A DNA stretch of 56,757 nucleotides, counting the filler, from Barthelona sp. PAP020 (Eukaryota): the NCBI GenBank assembly GCA_040182905.1. It is 3 parts of 3 records of this genome, joined end to end, with 100 filler letters (N's around TTAATTAATTAA, not from the genome) between each part and the next. Parts side by side here need not be neighbours in the genome. Positions count along the whole stretch, not along the records: positions 38,081 to 56,757 come from JARQWU010000218.1; 2 more parts are not named here. The stretch is one strand, 5' to 3'. Made by a program: the position numbers and the translations under genes. This document shows positions 42,485-51,292 of the stretch, piece by piece. Under the pieces are notes generated by a model. The model had not been told where the DNA came from. It did no database searches and saw nothing but the letters and a program-made list of their open reading frames with translations. How positions within the stretch are numbered: position 1 is the first letter of the stretch; every line of letters starts with the position of its first letter.

Positions 42485-43570
42485 CTAATCATCAATCTCA
42501 TCACTGTCATCATCTTCCATCTCTTCATCAATATACTGACGCATATTACCACCATTCCTTTCATTGATGTCAATTAAATCCCAACATAAGTTGATTGACA
42601 CGTCAAAATCTCTTTGATTCATGTAAACTCCAGCACTGACAAATTCTCGAATGATGCCACCGTTTACCTTCATTGCAACAAGGGTTGATAACAAATAGCC
42701 TTCATTCTTTACCAATTCAACTAACTCAGATTTGGACAAATGCTCAAATTTCAAATCAATAGGCTCGACACTCTCCAATTGATGTTTTAAATTGGGACAG
42801 CTCAAAATACTGTATTTGTTCTTTTTCCATTGTTCATCACTTGTATATAATCTGTTGAAAAATAACAGCATATCTTCACAATATAGGTTTATTTCGGGAC
42901 AATCTAGAAGCATCTTGGCAACATCAAGATGACCAAGTTCACAACTGATGTACAATGGAGAAAATCCACTGTCGCTACACAAATTAACATCAGCGCCATG
43001 ATCCAAAAGAATTTTGGCAACATCAAGATGACCATGATAATAACTAACGTACAATGGAGAACTACCATCATTACGACACAAATTAACATCAGCGCCATGA
43101 TCCAAGACCATTCTGGCAACATCAAGATGACCATTATAACAACTGACATATAATGGAGAAAATCCACCGTCCCTACACAAATTAACATCAGCTCCATGAT
43201 CCAAGAGCATTCTGGCAACATCAAGATGACCTGTTTCACAACTTATGTACAATGGAGAAGCACCGTCATTCATACTCAAATGAACATTAGCACCAAAATC
43301 CAACAAAAAATCAACAACTTCAATTTGCCCTTTAAAAGCAGCTCCCCAAAGCAATGTCCTTCCTTTATTGCCCTGTTTGTTCACATCAACGCCAGCCTTG
43401 ATACACTGCTTGACAACATCAAGGTTACCATCACATGCTGCATAATATATCTTCTTTGGAAGACCATTATCTTCAAATCCATCCACATTAAACCCATCTG
43501 GAACAACAACTTGATCCATATTATGCTTTAAATAAGGATCAATTTCCTCATTTGCAGTGTTAATAACCAT
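42485..43570 (-). CDS. Ankyrin-repeat protein, tandem paralog of the kinase-ANK gene without the kinase, with C-terminal domain shared with the WD40 protein
   Basis: EEIDPYLKHNMDQVVVPDGF...KQCIKAGVDVNKQG is nearly identical to the kinase-ANK protein. Four 99-bp repeat units. First ATG at 43570. Confidence 0.9.
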   Translation of the reverse strand: MVINTANEEIDPYLKHNMDQVVVPDGFNVDGFEDNGLPKKIYYAACDGNLDVVKQCIKAGVDVNKQGNKGRTLLWGAAFKGQIEVVDFLLDFGANVHLSMNDGASPLYISCETGHLDVARMLLDHGADVNLCRDGGFSPLYVSCYNGHLDVARMVLDHGADVNLCRNDGSSPLYVSYYHGHLDVAKILLDHGADVNLCSDSGFSPLYISCELGHLDVAKMLLDCPEINLYCEDMLLFFNRLYTSDEQWKKNKYSILSCPNLKHQLESVEPIDLKFEHLSKSELVELVKNEGYLLSTLVAMKVNGGIIREFVSAGVYMNQRDFDVSINLCWDLIDINERNGGNMRQYIDEEMEDDDSDEIDD

Positions 43571-43899
43571 TGTCGGCAAAAAAAATAAAAAGATTCAAAA
43601 CAATCATTTCTCTTTGGATATCCAATATTTATCCCTCAAATCAGGCATTATTTTAATTTAGTCGTTGACAAAATGAAATTCGATGATTGATTGACTGGTT
43701 TGCGGGGAACTCTTCACAATATTGATTAATTCTTTCTTAAGATTTCCTTTTTCGAATTGATGCAGCGAATTAAGCTTTTGATATTGATTTAAACTTTGTG
43801 AAAATGTTGCACAATTATGAAAGTTTGTCACAATGATGTTTATTCGAATATTTAACAAAAGACATTCTTCCAATTTATTTTTACAGATTTGTTCATGTA

Positions 43900-44330
43900 A
43901 TGATGCTATTGACATATTTATACTCACGAAATTCACAAATTGAACTTGCAAGAGTGCGATATGTATTCATTAAATTTTCTTTTTTTTCTTCCATTGAAGA
44001 AACATTTTTCACTTTTTCAATGAGCCTCTTATGTTGGTAGTGTGACAACCTTCAATTTATTTAAATAAAGGCAACATCATTTGTAATTGTTTTTTGTTCT
44101 TGTTGGGTTGGACTCCAACAATCGGTATCGTAACAATAAGAAAAGACAAAAGTGTCATGAGACTTTGGTGTAGTGGTGATACAAACCAATGCAAAGAAAG
44201 CAAACCAAAAAGTCATTTTAGTGAATTTCTGTCAAAACTTATGGTGTGAGATCCAAACTGAAATGCTGTTGTATGTTCTTGGTTGCGTCTTTGAGAAAGA
44301 ACTTCTTGTCCTTGTTTCCTTTTTGAATTT
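43900..44330 (-). mobile_element. Decayed Merlin/IS1016-like transposase fragment, copy 2 (longer)
   Basis: TDCW (44115-44126), QKTITNDVAFI, EGCHTTNI (44033-44050), EAH*KSEK and LASSICEF (43929-43952) occur in the order of the Merlin DDE core, with stops and frameshifts. Confidence 0.6.
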
Positions 44331-44334
44331 GGCA

Positions 44335-44472
44335 AAAGCAAAATTATTCAGTTGTAATTTTAACTTTTGGAGAATTGAATGTTCGATCAAGCTTCGAAAG
44401 CCTTTAACCAAATAAACACCATTCTTTTTTATTTACTCATACGCACAGTGCTTCTTAGCTTGGAAATAATCA
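44335..44472 (+). repeat. Dispersed repeat core copy (a further partial copy at ~44665-44752)
   Basis: CGAAAGCCTTTAACCAAATAAACACCATTCTTTTTTATTTACTCATACGCACAGTGCTTCTTAGCTTGGAAATAAT. Confidence 0.88.
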
Positions 44473-44837
44473 GTTAATTTGTACAAAACCTCAGTCCAGT
44501 TATGAAATTATCATATTTATTTGCAGAAATAGTGCGATAAAGAAATTTAGTAATTAAGATTTTTAGTTAAAACTGCATGGGGAAAAGGAATTTTTTGAAT
44601 TCAATTTTAACGGTTAAACATGAAGATTTGAAACAAAACATATCACCTAGTCATTTGTGTTTAGCAAAAGCAAAATTTCAAAACTTTTTTCTTTGGTGAA
44701 ATTTGAAGTTTCATCAGACTAATTGACCCTCGAAAGCTTCAATCAAATAAAAAGAAAATCAAAATTTACTGTGTTTAAAATCCAATCAAAAATAATATCG
44801 AAAAAAAATCTTGTGGAAAGAACAAATTTGAAAACTG

Positions 44838-47800
44838 TTAGTTCCAACCAGCATCATCATCATCATTCCATGCATCAACCTCTTCCACGTTTTGAGCATT
44901 GTTATTTTCAATTTCTGGCTCATTATTGTCATTCCATTCATTGGTGTTATCATTCCACTCATTTGTGTTATCATTCCATTCATTGTTGTTATCTTGTTTC
45001 CATTCATCAACTGCTTCAATACCTGGAGCACTTTTAAATTCTGGCTCAGTATTGTTTTCAGGAGCAACATTTCCCCATTCATTTGCTTGATCCCATCCAT
45101 CAGTGGTTGCGGTTGTGCCAATCCAATCATTAGATTCACCCCAATTATCTTGTTCAATTGGTGCTACGTTATCATAGGGATTCTCATACAAATTAGTAGC
45201 ATTGTCATTCCATCCAAAATTATCGTTCATTTCATTAGGATTTTGGATTGTAGAAAAAGTGTCTTGGTTACCAAAAGGCTGTTGATTTAGTTTGTCTAAA
45301 TCAAGGTTTTTATTCTTCAAAGCATCTTTTATTTGATTATATAATCGAGTAGAACTGCCATAAATCTCGTTTTTATCATTAGCCAATACTTCATTATCAA
45401 CACTATACCCTTGATTTGTAATGCGTATTGGTATTAATTGTAATTGATCTGAATATTGACTATTTTCTGGATTTAAAATGCAAAAATTAGCACCATTGTT
45501 ACAAAATGCGTAACAAGTACCAATACGATTGGGAAAATCTTTATTTCTTCTTCTTAATTCTTGAATGATAGTTTCTGGAGTTGTAGCTTTAATGAATTTG
45601 GAATTATTTGTAAAGGCTTTCAAAAATCGTTTCAAATTCATAATGTACATCGTTTTCAAATGTTCTAAATCTGAAAATAACATCAAAGACGTGTTTCCTT
45701 TATTATTTACACCATCAATAACAGATAATCTTCTTTTAGCTTTGATTTGATCCATACTATCTTCATCTTTAATTGTTAAATCATAGTAAACACCATCAGC
45801 AAGTTTCATTGTCATTGCTAGATTGTTATATCCTCCATTTCGCTTCAAACGGAATAATAATGGAAAATCTTGTGCCCTCTTATTCTTTAAATAATTAATC
45901 GCTTCACCTCTGCCTACATTTTTAAAATCAGGGTGGCTCAAATTAAGCTTGGTATATTTAACAACGTCTGATGTTTCAATAACTTTCTTTGAACTGATAT
46001 CAAAAAAGTATCTATCAAAAGTTAATTCAACCTTTTCAATATCCTCCTTTAATATTGACACATCAACAGAAAAACGTTCTCTGTTGACTTGAATAATGGA
46101 ACAAGTAATTTTCCTTCCAGGAATAACACCTCTATCAGTAATGAATTTTTCACAGATCAAATTCACATTGTCCATCTCTTCAAGTTCAATCTTGAAGACT
46201 TTATCCCGATTTAGATTGCAGTACAACCCATTTTCTAAAAATCCTCGAGCAGCTCTATAAGGTAATTTCTTCAAGGTCTTGCCATTTGCATCTCTAAATG
46301 TAGGTATCTTAATATTATTCTCTTTGAACTTGTGTTCATAAGTCATCATTTCTTTCGTAGAAGGATCAATTAATCTGTCAACTCTCATGGTGCTCAAAGT
46401 GGATTCCAACCTCTTGTCTTCATTTTCTCCCATAACCCATTCAAACACTTCAGATGTTGAAGGTCTTTGAAACATGTTCAAGGTAGTTTTGAATGGATCC
46501 TTTAACTCATTACTGATCAATTTACATAAATTAAAACACAGTTCAGAGTCTTCATAAATAGGAGTCAAACCTAACTTAATATTTTCGTCAGTATTTTCAT
46601 CTTCAATAGTGCTTTTCATCCAATGTTCAACATCAGTTGGGAATATGTCTTGACTATGGTCAAAAATATACTGCAAAACATCTTGATTGATATCGAACGA
46701 TGTGAATGTTTCACGTACATTCTCCGGTATCTTCGAATTACAATATAATGAAACAACGTCATAGTATCTTGAAGGAATACGAGTTAAATCTAACATATGC
46801 AATTGACTGCCACTCAGCAAGTCACCGTATAAATCCTTCTCATTAGGATAATCCCTCTTTTGTGCTCTGGCACTCTCAACTATATTACATTGTTGTACAA
46901 TCAAGAATGACGAACAATTCCTATGTATAACCTTATCCATTAAATCTCTTAAACTCAACAAATCAGTACGCTTGAATATTTTTGAATTGCTGGTCCTTAA
47001 CTTGCTTAGTATATAATGGGCTTTTCTTGGTCCTAAACCACTGACAAAACTTAAAGCAGGTGAAAAAAATGGTTCTGTTATGCACCAATTGATGTCTACA
47101 CCTTCTTTACATACAATTTCACTCAAACATCTTCTTAAAATTATACATAACCTATTTCTGGACAAATTATCTTGTAAAGTATGTAGCTTCAAGCTTAATA
47201 AATCAGTGGCATCATTACCAATTGAACAAAAAGATAACAAAGGATTTAAAGCATGTCTAGCAATTCCCAAAGATAAAAGAACATCTGGATTCAAATCAGA
47301 ATATTGTTCTTTAATTTTCTTTGAATTTTGAAAGATTTTAGCAACATGATCTGGAACAAATATGACTTCTTTTAATCTTTTAATAGTCATATTTCTCCTT
47401 AAAGCTGAATGTTCAATAGTATCAACAACATCCATCAATTTCTTCTCAACACGTCGAGCAGAAAGACTGGAAGCTGCTAATGCAAATGCATGGGGTTTAT
47501 ATCTTTCAATAAAAATTCCTAGTCTTCTGACATCTTCATTGATTCTACCTCTCAATTTAAAATCAATATCTTTGTTATTCTTACGTTCTCTACGCATAAT
47601 ATCCTCCAATTTAATACTGTCAAGATAATTTCCTTCAGGGTTTATCATAACACAGGTTAGAACATCATTACTACGTTTTGTTTCATAACTGACACCCATT
47701 ATGTAACAGCCATAATCATATTTTCGATCAACATTTGGATACACTTCCTCAACGTTATAATAACGATCAGATTCTTTATCCATTTCATAATCATTTAAGG

Positions 47801-49364
47801 TTGGTAGACTTAGAGGAGGTCTAGTGATTCTCTTGGTAAAACGATTGGTGATTTCCTTTTCTAAACGATATTTTGCTTGCTCAATCAATAGAGTCTTAAT
47901 TTCACGCTTAAAGATAGGGAATAAATGTTTAAAAAGCATGTCTTGACAAGTTTCCTTGAAAAAAGAATTCCAAGGAGATTGATACGTCAATAAAGTCATG
48001 GTGAAAGTGTCTGAAAAACTGGTGATAAATTCAGCCTTTTCATACTTGGGAAGTTCCATATTTGTACCATCTAAAGCCTTTTTGAACTTTTCTATATCAT
48101 GTTCTAAAGGAACATTGATATTAATTCTGAGCAAACCACTGTTTTCACCTTCTAACATCAACAGGAAATCTTCCTTTCTGAACTCTTCTAGTGGTTTATA
48201 CCAAATATACTTAACCTTATACAAGGGACTAATTGTTTCAATACCAGTTTTACCACGTTCAGTAGGCTCAGTAGAAACACAAGCCCTGGTCTGATATGAT
48301 GACCTTAATGCTTTTCTCAAATTTATGTTATAGCTCCATAATATCGAATAACATTGTGTAAAGAGACTTAGTAATTCTTTAGGCTTACTATACTTCCCTT
48401 TTTCAACATTTTCAATGTATTTTTCAATCACTTTCTCAGGACCTTCATTTGGCACATCAATATTATCAGGAGGATATGAAGATGTTACAGGATCATGTCC
48501 AAAAGACTTGATTAGCTCTAACAATCCATATTTCTCAGCTTCTACAATGAGATTCAGTTTATATTTTTTCAAAGTTTGTTCATCTAATTTATTTCTCTGA
48601 AAATATTTCAATTGAGTCCTTACATCGCCAAGATCTTCATCAAAAACAGCAGTCGAACATATCTTCTGCAGAGTAATCAATTGTAAATTTATTTCCTCTT
48701 CCATAACCGTGTCTGAAATCATTTCATCCAATTCATTCAACAATTCCTTCTTTTTTAAATCAAATTTCATTCTTTCTTGATCTAAATCATACAGTATCCA
48801 TAGTTCTCGTTCTTCAAACAAAAATTTCTTTTCAGATTTGAAAGTGTGAAAATGATTAGTCTGTATCAAAATAATATCTAGGTGTACATTATGTACATAA
48901 TGCAAAAATGTTGCTATACCATCAATATATTCTTTTCTTCTGGTATGTCCTGCCAATCTACTTCCTATATCTTTGTTTCTTTCCAATCTAGAATATATCC
49001 ATTTTGCTGCATTAACCAATTCATTATCTTCCATTTTTTCAATAGGATAATCAGCGGTTTGAAACATTTCAGGAATATCACAACGTTGAATCTTAACAGC
49101 TTCAGCATCCTTATAATGATCACGAATTGTTGAAGGTTCAAATACTTGATTTTGCAATTCTTGTATACTTAATTCTTCATTAACAGTTTCAGTTGGCAAT
49201 TGATACTGTTTTCTATTGAAAAAAGCATTGAAAGCTTCAACCAATTCTTCATTATGATGCTCAAACTGTTCAAAAACTTGATCTTCCTCAAGATCAGAGT
49301 CATGTTCAGATCCGGTATCTATTTCAGATTCAGACTCAGAATCATAAAGATCAAGTGGTCCCAT
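44838..49364 (-). CDS. SPT6: Transcription elongation factor / histone chaperone Spt6, 1508 aa
   Basis: Acidic N-terminus, EPS, DIPE.FQ, AKWIY, PTERGK, YqgF-like region, GVDIN, FVSGLGPRKA (HhH), LDLTRIP..Y, S1-like region and HPDFKN SH2 region. Confidence 0.92.
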   Translation of the reverse strand: MGPLDLYDSESESEIDTGSEHDSDLEEDQVFEQFEHHNEELVEAFNAFFNRKQYQLPTETVNEELSIQELQNQVFEPSTIRDHYKDAEAVKIQRCDIPEMFQTADYPIEKMEDNELVNAAKWIYSRLERNKDIGSRLAGHTRRKEYIDGIATFLHYVHNVHLDIILIQTNHFHTFKSEKKFLFEERELWILYDLDQERMKFDLKKKELLNELDEMISDTVMEEEINLQLITLQKICSTAVFDEDLGDVRTQLKYFQRNKLDEQTLKKYKLNLIVEAEKYGLLELIKSFGHDPVTSSYPPDNIDVPNEGPEKVIEKYIENVEKGKYSKPKELLSLFTQCYSILWSYNINLRKALRSSYQTRACVSTEPTERGKTGIETISPLYKVKYIWYKPLEEFRKEDFLLMLEGENSGLLRININVPLEHDIEKFKKALDGTNMELPKYEKAEFITSFSDTFTMTLLTYQSPWNSFFKETCQDMLFKHLFPIFKREIKTLLIEQAKYRLEKEITNRFTKRITRPPLSLPTLNDYEMDKESDRYYNVEEVYPNVDRKYDYGCYIMGVSYETKRSNDVLTCVMINPEGNYLDSIKLEDIMRRERKNNKDIDFKLRGRINEDVRRLGIFIERYKPHAFALAASSLSARRVEKKLMDVVDTIEHSALRRNMTIKRLKEVIFVPDHVAKIFQNSKKIKEQYSDLNPDVLLSLGIARHALNPLLSFCSIGNDATDLLSLKLHTLQDNLSRNRLCIILRRCLSEIVCKEGVDINWCITEPFFSPALSFVSGLGPRKAHYILSKLRTSNSKIFKRTDLLSLRDLMDKVIHRNCSSFLIVQQCNIVESARAQKRDYPNEKDLYGDLLSGSQLHMLDLTRIPSRYYDVVSLYCNSKIPENVRETFTSFDINQDVLQYIFDHSQDIFPTDVEHWMKSTIEDENTDENIKLGLTPIYEDSELCFNLCKLISNELKDPFKTTLNMFQRPSTSEVFEWVMGENEDKRLESTLSTMRVDRLIDPSTKEMMTYEHKFKENNIKIPTFRDANGKTLKKLPYRAARGFLENGLYCNLNRDKVFKIELEEMDNVNLICEKFITDRGVIPGRKITCSIIQVNRERFSVDVSILKEDIEKVELTFDRYFFDISSKKVIETSDVVKYTKLNLSHPDFKNVGRGEAINYLKNKRAQDFPLLFRLKRNGGYNNLAMTMKLADGVYYDLTIKDEDSMDQIKAKRRLSVIDGVNNKGNTSLMLFSDLEHLKTMYIMNLKRFLKAFTNNSKFIKATTPETIIQELRRRNKDFPNRIGTCYAFCNNGANFCILNPENSQYSDQLQLIPIRITNQGYSVDNEVLANDKNEIYGSSTRLYNQIKDALKNKNLDLDKLNQQPFGNQDTFSTIQNPNEMNDNFGWNDNATNLYENPYDNVAPIEQDNWGESNDWIGTTATTDGWDQANEWGNVAPENNTEPEFKSAPGIEAVDEWKQDNNNEWNDNTNEWNDNTNEWNDNNEPEIENNNAQNVEEVDAWNDDDDAGWN
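44929..45006 (-). repeat. 21-bp coding tandem repeat (NEWNDNT) in the Spt6 tail
   Basis: TCATTCCA(T/C)TCATT(G/T)GTGTTA, about 3.5 copies. Confidence 0.85.
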
Positions 49365-49862
49365 ATTCCAAAAAACAAAAGATAAAAATTTTTTTTTTCA
49401 AATATTTATCATTGAAACTCATTTCTTTGTCTTTTTTTCCAATCAAAAAAGCATAAAATTTCTTTTAAAGCAAAAAGAAATTTGGAAATTTTTTTTGATG
49501 AGTTTTGTTTAATGAATGTAATTGTTCCGTAATTTGACAATAAATTGACCATTTTATTCGTTTTTATTTATTTTTTTTTTGAGATCAAAGTGCTTATTTT
49601 TCAAATTTTATCATTTTCACACTTATTTCAACAAAACTCTTTTCTATCCAAGCAAACAATTATTTATTAATTGTTAAGCGATTTGTAAATACAATCAAAT
49701 TGTTATAATGATTCATTGAGAATTATGTTGAGAATTCAATTTTATTTGTCTTTGCAATGAAATTTGAGTGTCTATTTTTATTCTTTTGATTGTTAAAAAT
49801 CATTTTGATGAGATTTTAAGATATCTGTAAAAAATTGAAGTTTTTTATCACATCTTTTGACA

Positions 49863-50972
49863 ATGAATCAAGAAATTAATGCAGATAATCCATATAGTCG
49901 ATTAATTGCTCTGCAAAAAATGGGAATTGTGAAAAACTATGAGATAATTCGTGAAAAAACCATTGCTGTTGTTGGTATTGGAGGAATTGGCAGTGTTGCT
50001 GCAGAGATGTTAGTTCGTTGTGGTGTTGGAAAATTGATTTTGTTTGATTACGATAAAGTTGAAATGGCGAATATGAATCGTCTTTTGTTTCGTCCATGTC
50101 ATGTTGGAATGACAAAGAGTGACGCTGCGACTGAAACATTTAAAGAAATTAATCCTGATGTTGAATATGTTTCTGTTCATGGAAACATTGCTGTTGGTGA
50201 AGGTTATGACACTCTTTGTTCTTTAGTTGGGACAGGAGGTTTACAAGGCAATAAAATTGACATGTTGTTATGTTGTGTTGATAATTATGAAGCTAGAATA
50301 GCTATTAACCGTTGTTGTATGGATAATGATGTTGTTTGGTATGAATCTGGAGTATCAGAAAGTGCTATGTCTGGTCATATTCAATTGGTAAAGCCTGGTT
50401 TAACACCATGTTTTGAATGTAGTCCACCACTTTTGGTTGTTGAAGGGAATGAAAAGAATATTAAACGTGAAGGTGTGTGTGCAGCTTCTTTAAGTACAAC
50501 AATGGGTATTGTAGCTGGTTTGATGGTTAATAATGTGTTAAAGTTTCTTTTGGGTTTTGGGATGGTATCTCCTTATGTTGGTTATAATGTTCTGTCTGAT
50601 TTCTTCCCTTCCATTGAAATGAAGCCTAATGTTGATTGTGAAGTTTGTAAGGAACTTCAAAGAGGTTATATTGAGCGCAATGTTAACATTGATAGTTATT
50701 TGCAAGGTATTCAAGTTGCTGTTGAAGAAACAGAAGTTGAGATTATTGACAATGAATGGGATATTGAAATAAGCGCTGAAGGCGATAATTTAGAGGAGAA
50801 TCTTATTCAATCTGGACAAGATTCTGTCAATGGTTTGAAATTTGGTTTCATGAAAGAAAAAGAAGAAATTTTGGATGCTCATCAAAAAGAAGAAATCAAT
50901 CAACTCAACGAAAATTCAATTTTTGATGAAAACTTTGATGATTTATTAGCAGAATTTCAAAATCTTCAATAG
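49863..50972 (+). CDS. UBA5: UFM1-activating enzyme (E1-like) UBA5
   Basis: NPYSRLIALQKMGIV.NYE.IR, VGIGGIGSVAAEMLVRCG.GKL.LFDYDKVE.ANMNRL, KREGVCAASL (catalytic Cys), NEWDIEI UFM1-binding motif, C-terminal DDLLAEFQNL. Confidence 0.96.
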   Translation: MNQEINADNPYSRLIALQKMGIVKNYEIIREKTIAVVGIGGIGSVAAEMLVRCGVGKLILFDYDKVEMANMNRLLFRPCHVGMTKSDAATETFKEINPDVEYVSVHGNIAVGEGYDTLCSLVGTGGLQGNKIDMLLCCVDNYEARIAINRCCMDNDVVWYESGVSESAMSGHIQLVKPGLTPCFECSPPLLVVEGNEKNIKREGVCAASLSTTMGIVAGLMVNNVLKFLLGFGMVSPYVGYNVLSDFFPSIEMKPNVDCEVCKELQRGYIERNVNIDSYLQGIQVAVEETEVEIIDNEWDIEISAEGDNLEENLIQSGQDSVNGLKFGFMKEKEEILDAHQKEEINQLNENSIFDENFDDLLAEFQNLQ

Positions 50973-51044
50973 ATGGTTTGAAACATTGAATAATTGAATA
51001 AAATGGTGTTTTGAAAATAACAAAGTTTCTTTTTTAATTTCTAT

Positions 51045-51180
51045 GAGCTTGCTGGGGTCAAGAAATCCGGGCAGTAAGAAGGCCAGAACTGGACCCAGCG
51101 ATGCTGTTGCAACTGAAAGTCGACTTTGAGGCGAAAGGAAGAACACAGGGCCAAGCCGAACCGTCAACCAGTGCTGCAAA
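51045..51180. ncRNA. Candidate structured non-coding RNA (two long imperfect hairpins), family unassigned
   Basis: About 55% GC island between two convergent stop codons in very AT-rich spacer DNA. Stems GCTGGG(G)TC/GACCCAGC and TTGCAACTG/CAGT(GC)TGCAA. Confidence 0.45.
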
Positions 51181-51292
51181 ACATAAAAAAACATAAAAAA
51201 AATTTGTTCTCCTTCTCTTTATAACGAAATAAAACTAACCAAGAGCTTATACACAAACTATTTATACACAAAAGAAATAAAGAAATCAATTT

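Noticed and set aside
51043..51186. Micro-ORF MSLLGSRNPG...SRL-TGA-GERKNTGPS...CCKT as a selenoprotein, readthrough or antizyme-like frameshift; ATGA hairpin as a SECIS
   Set aside because: No CxxU context or family similarity, the +1 frame ends after ~22 codons, and the hairpin lacks the 3' GA of the SECIS quartet.
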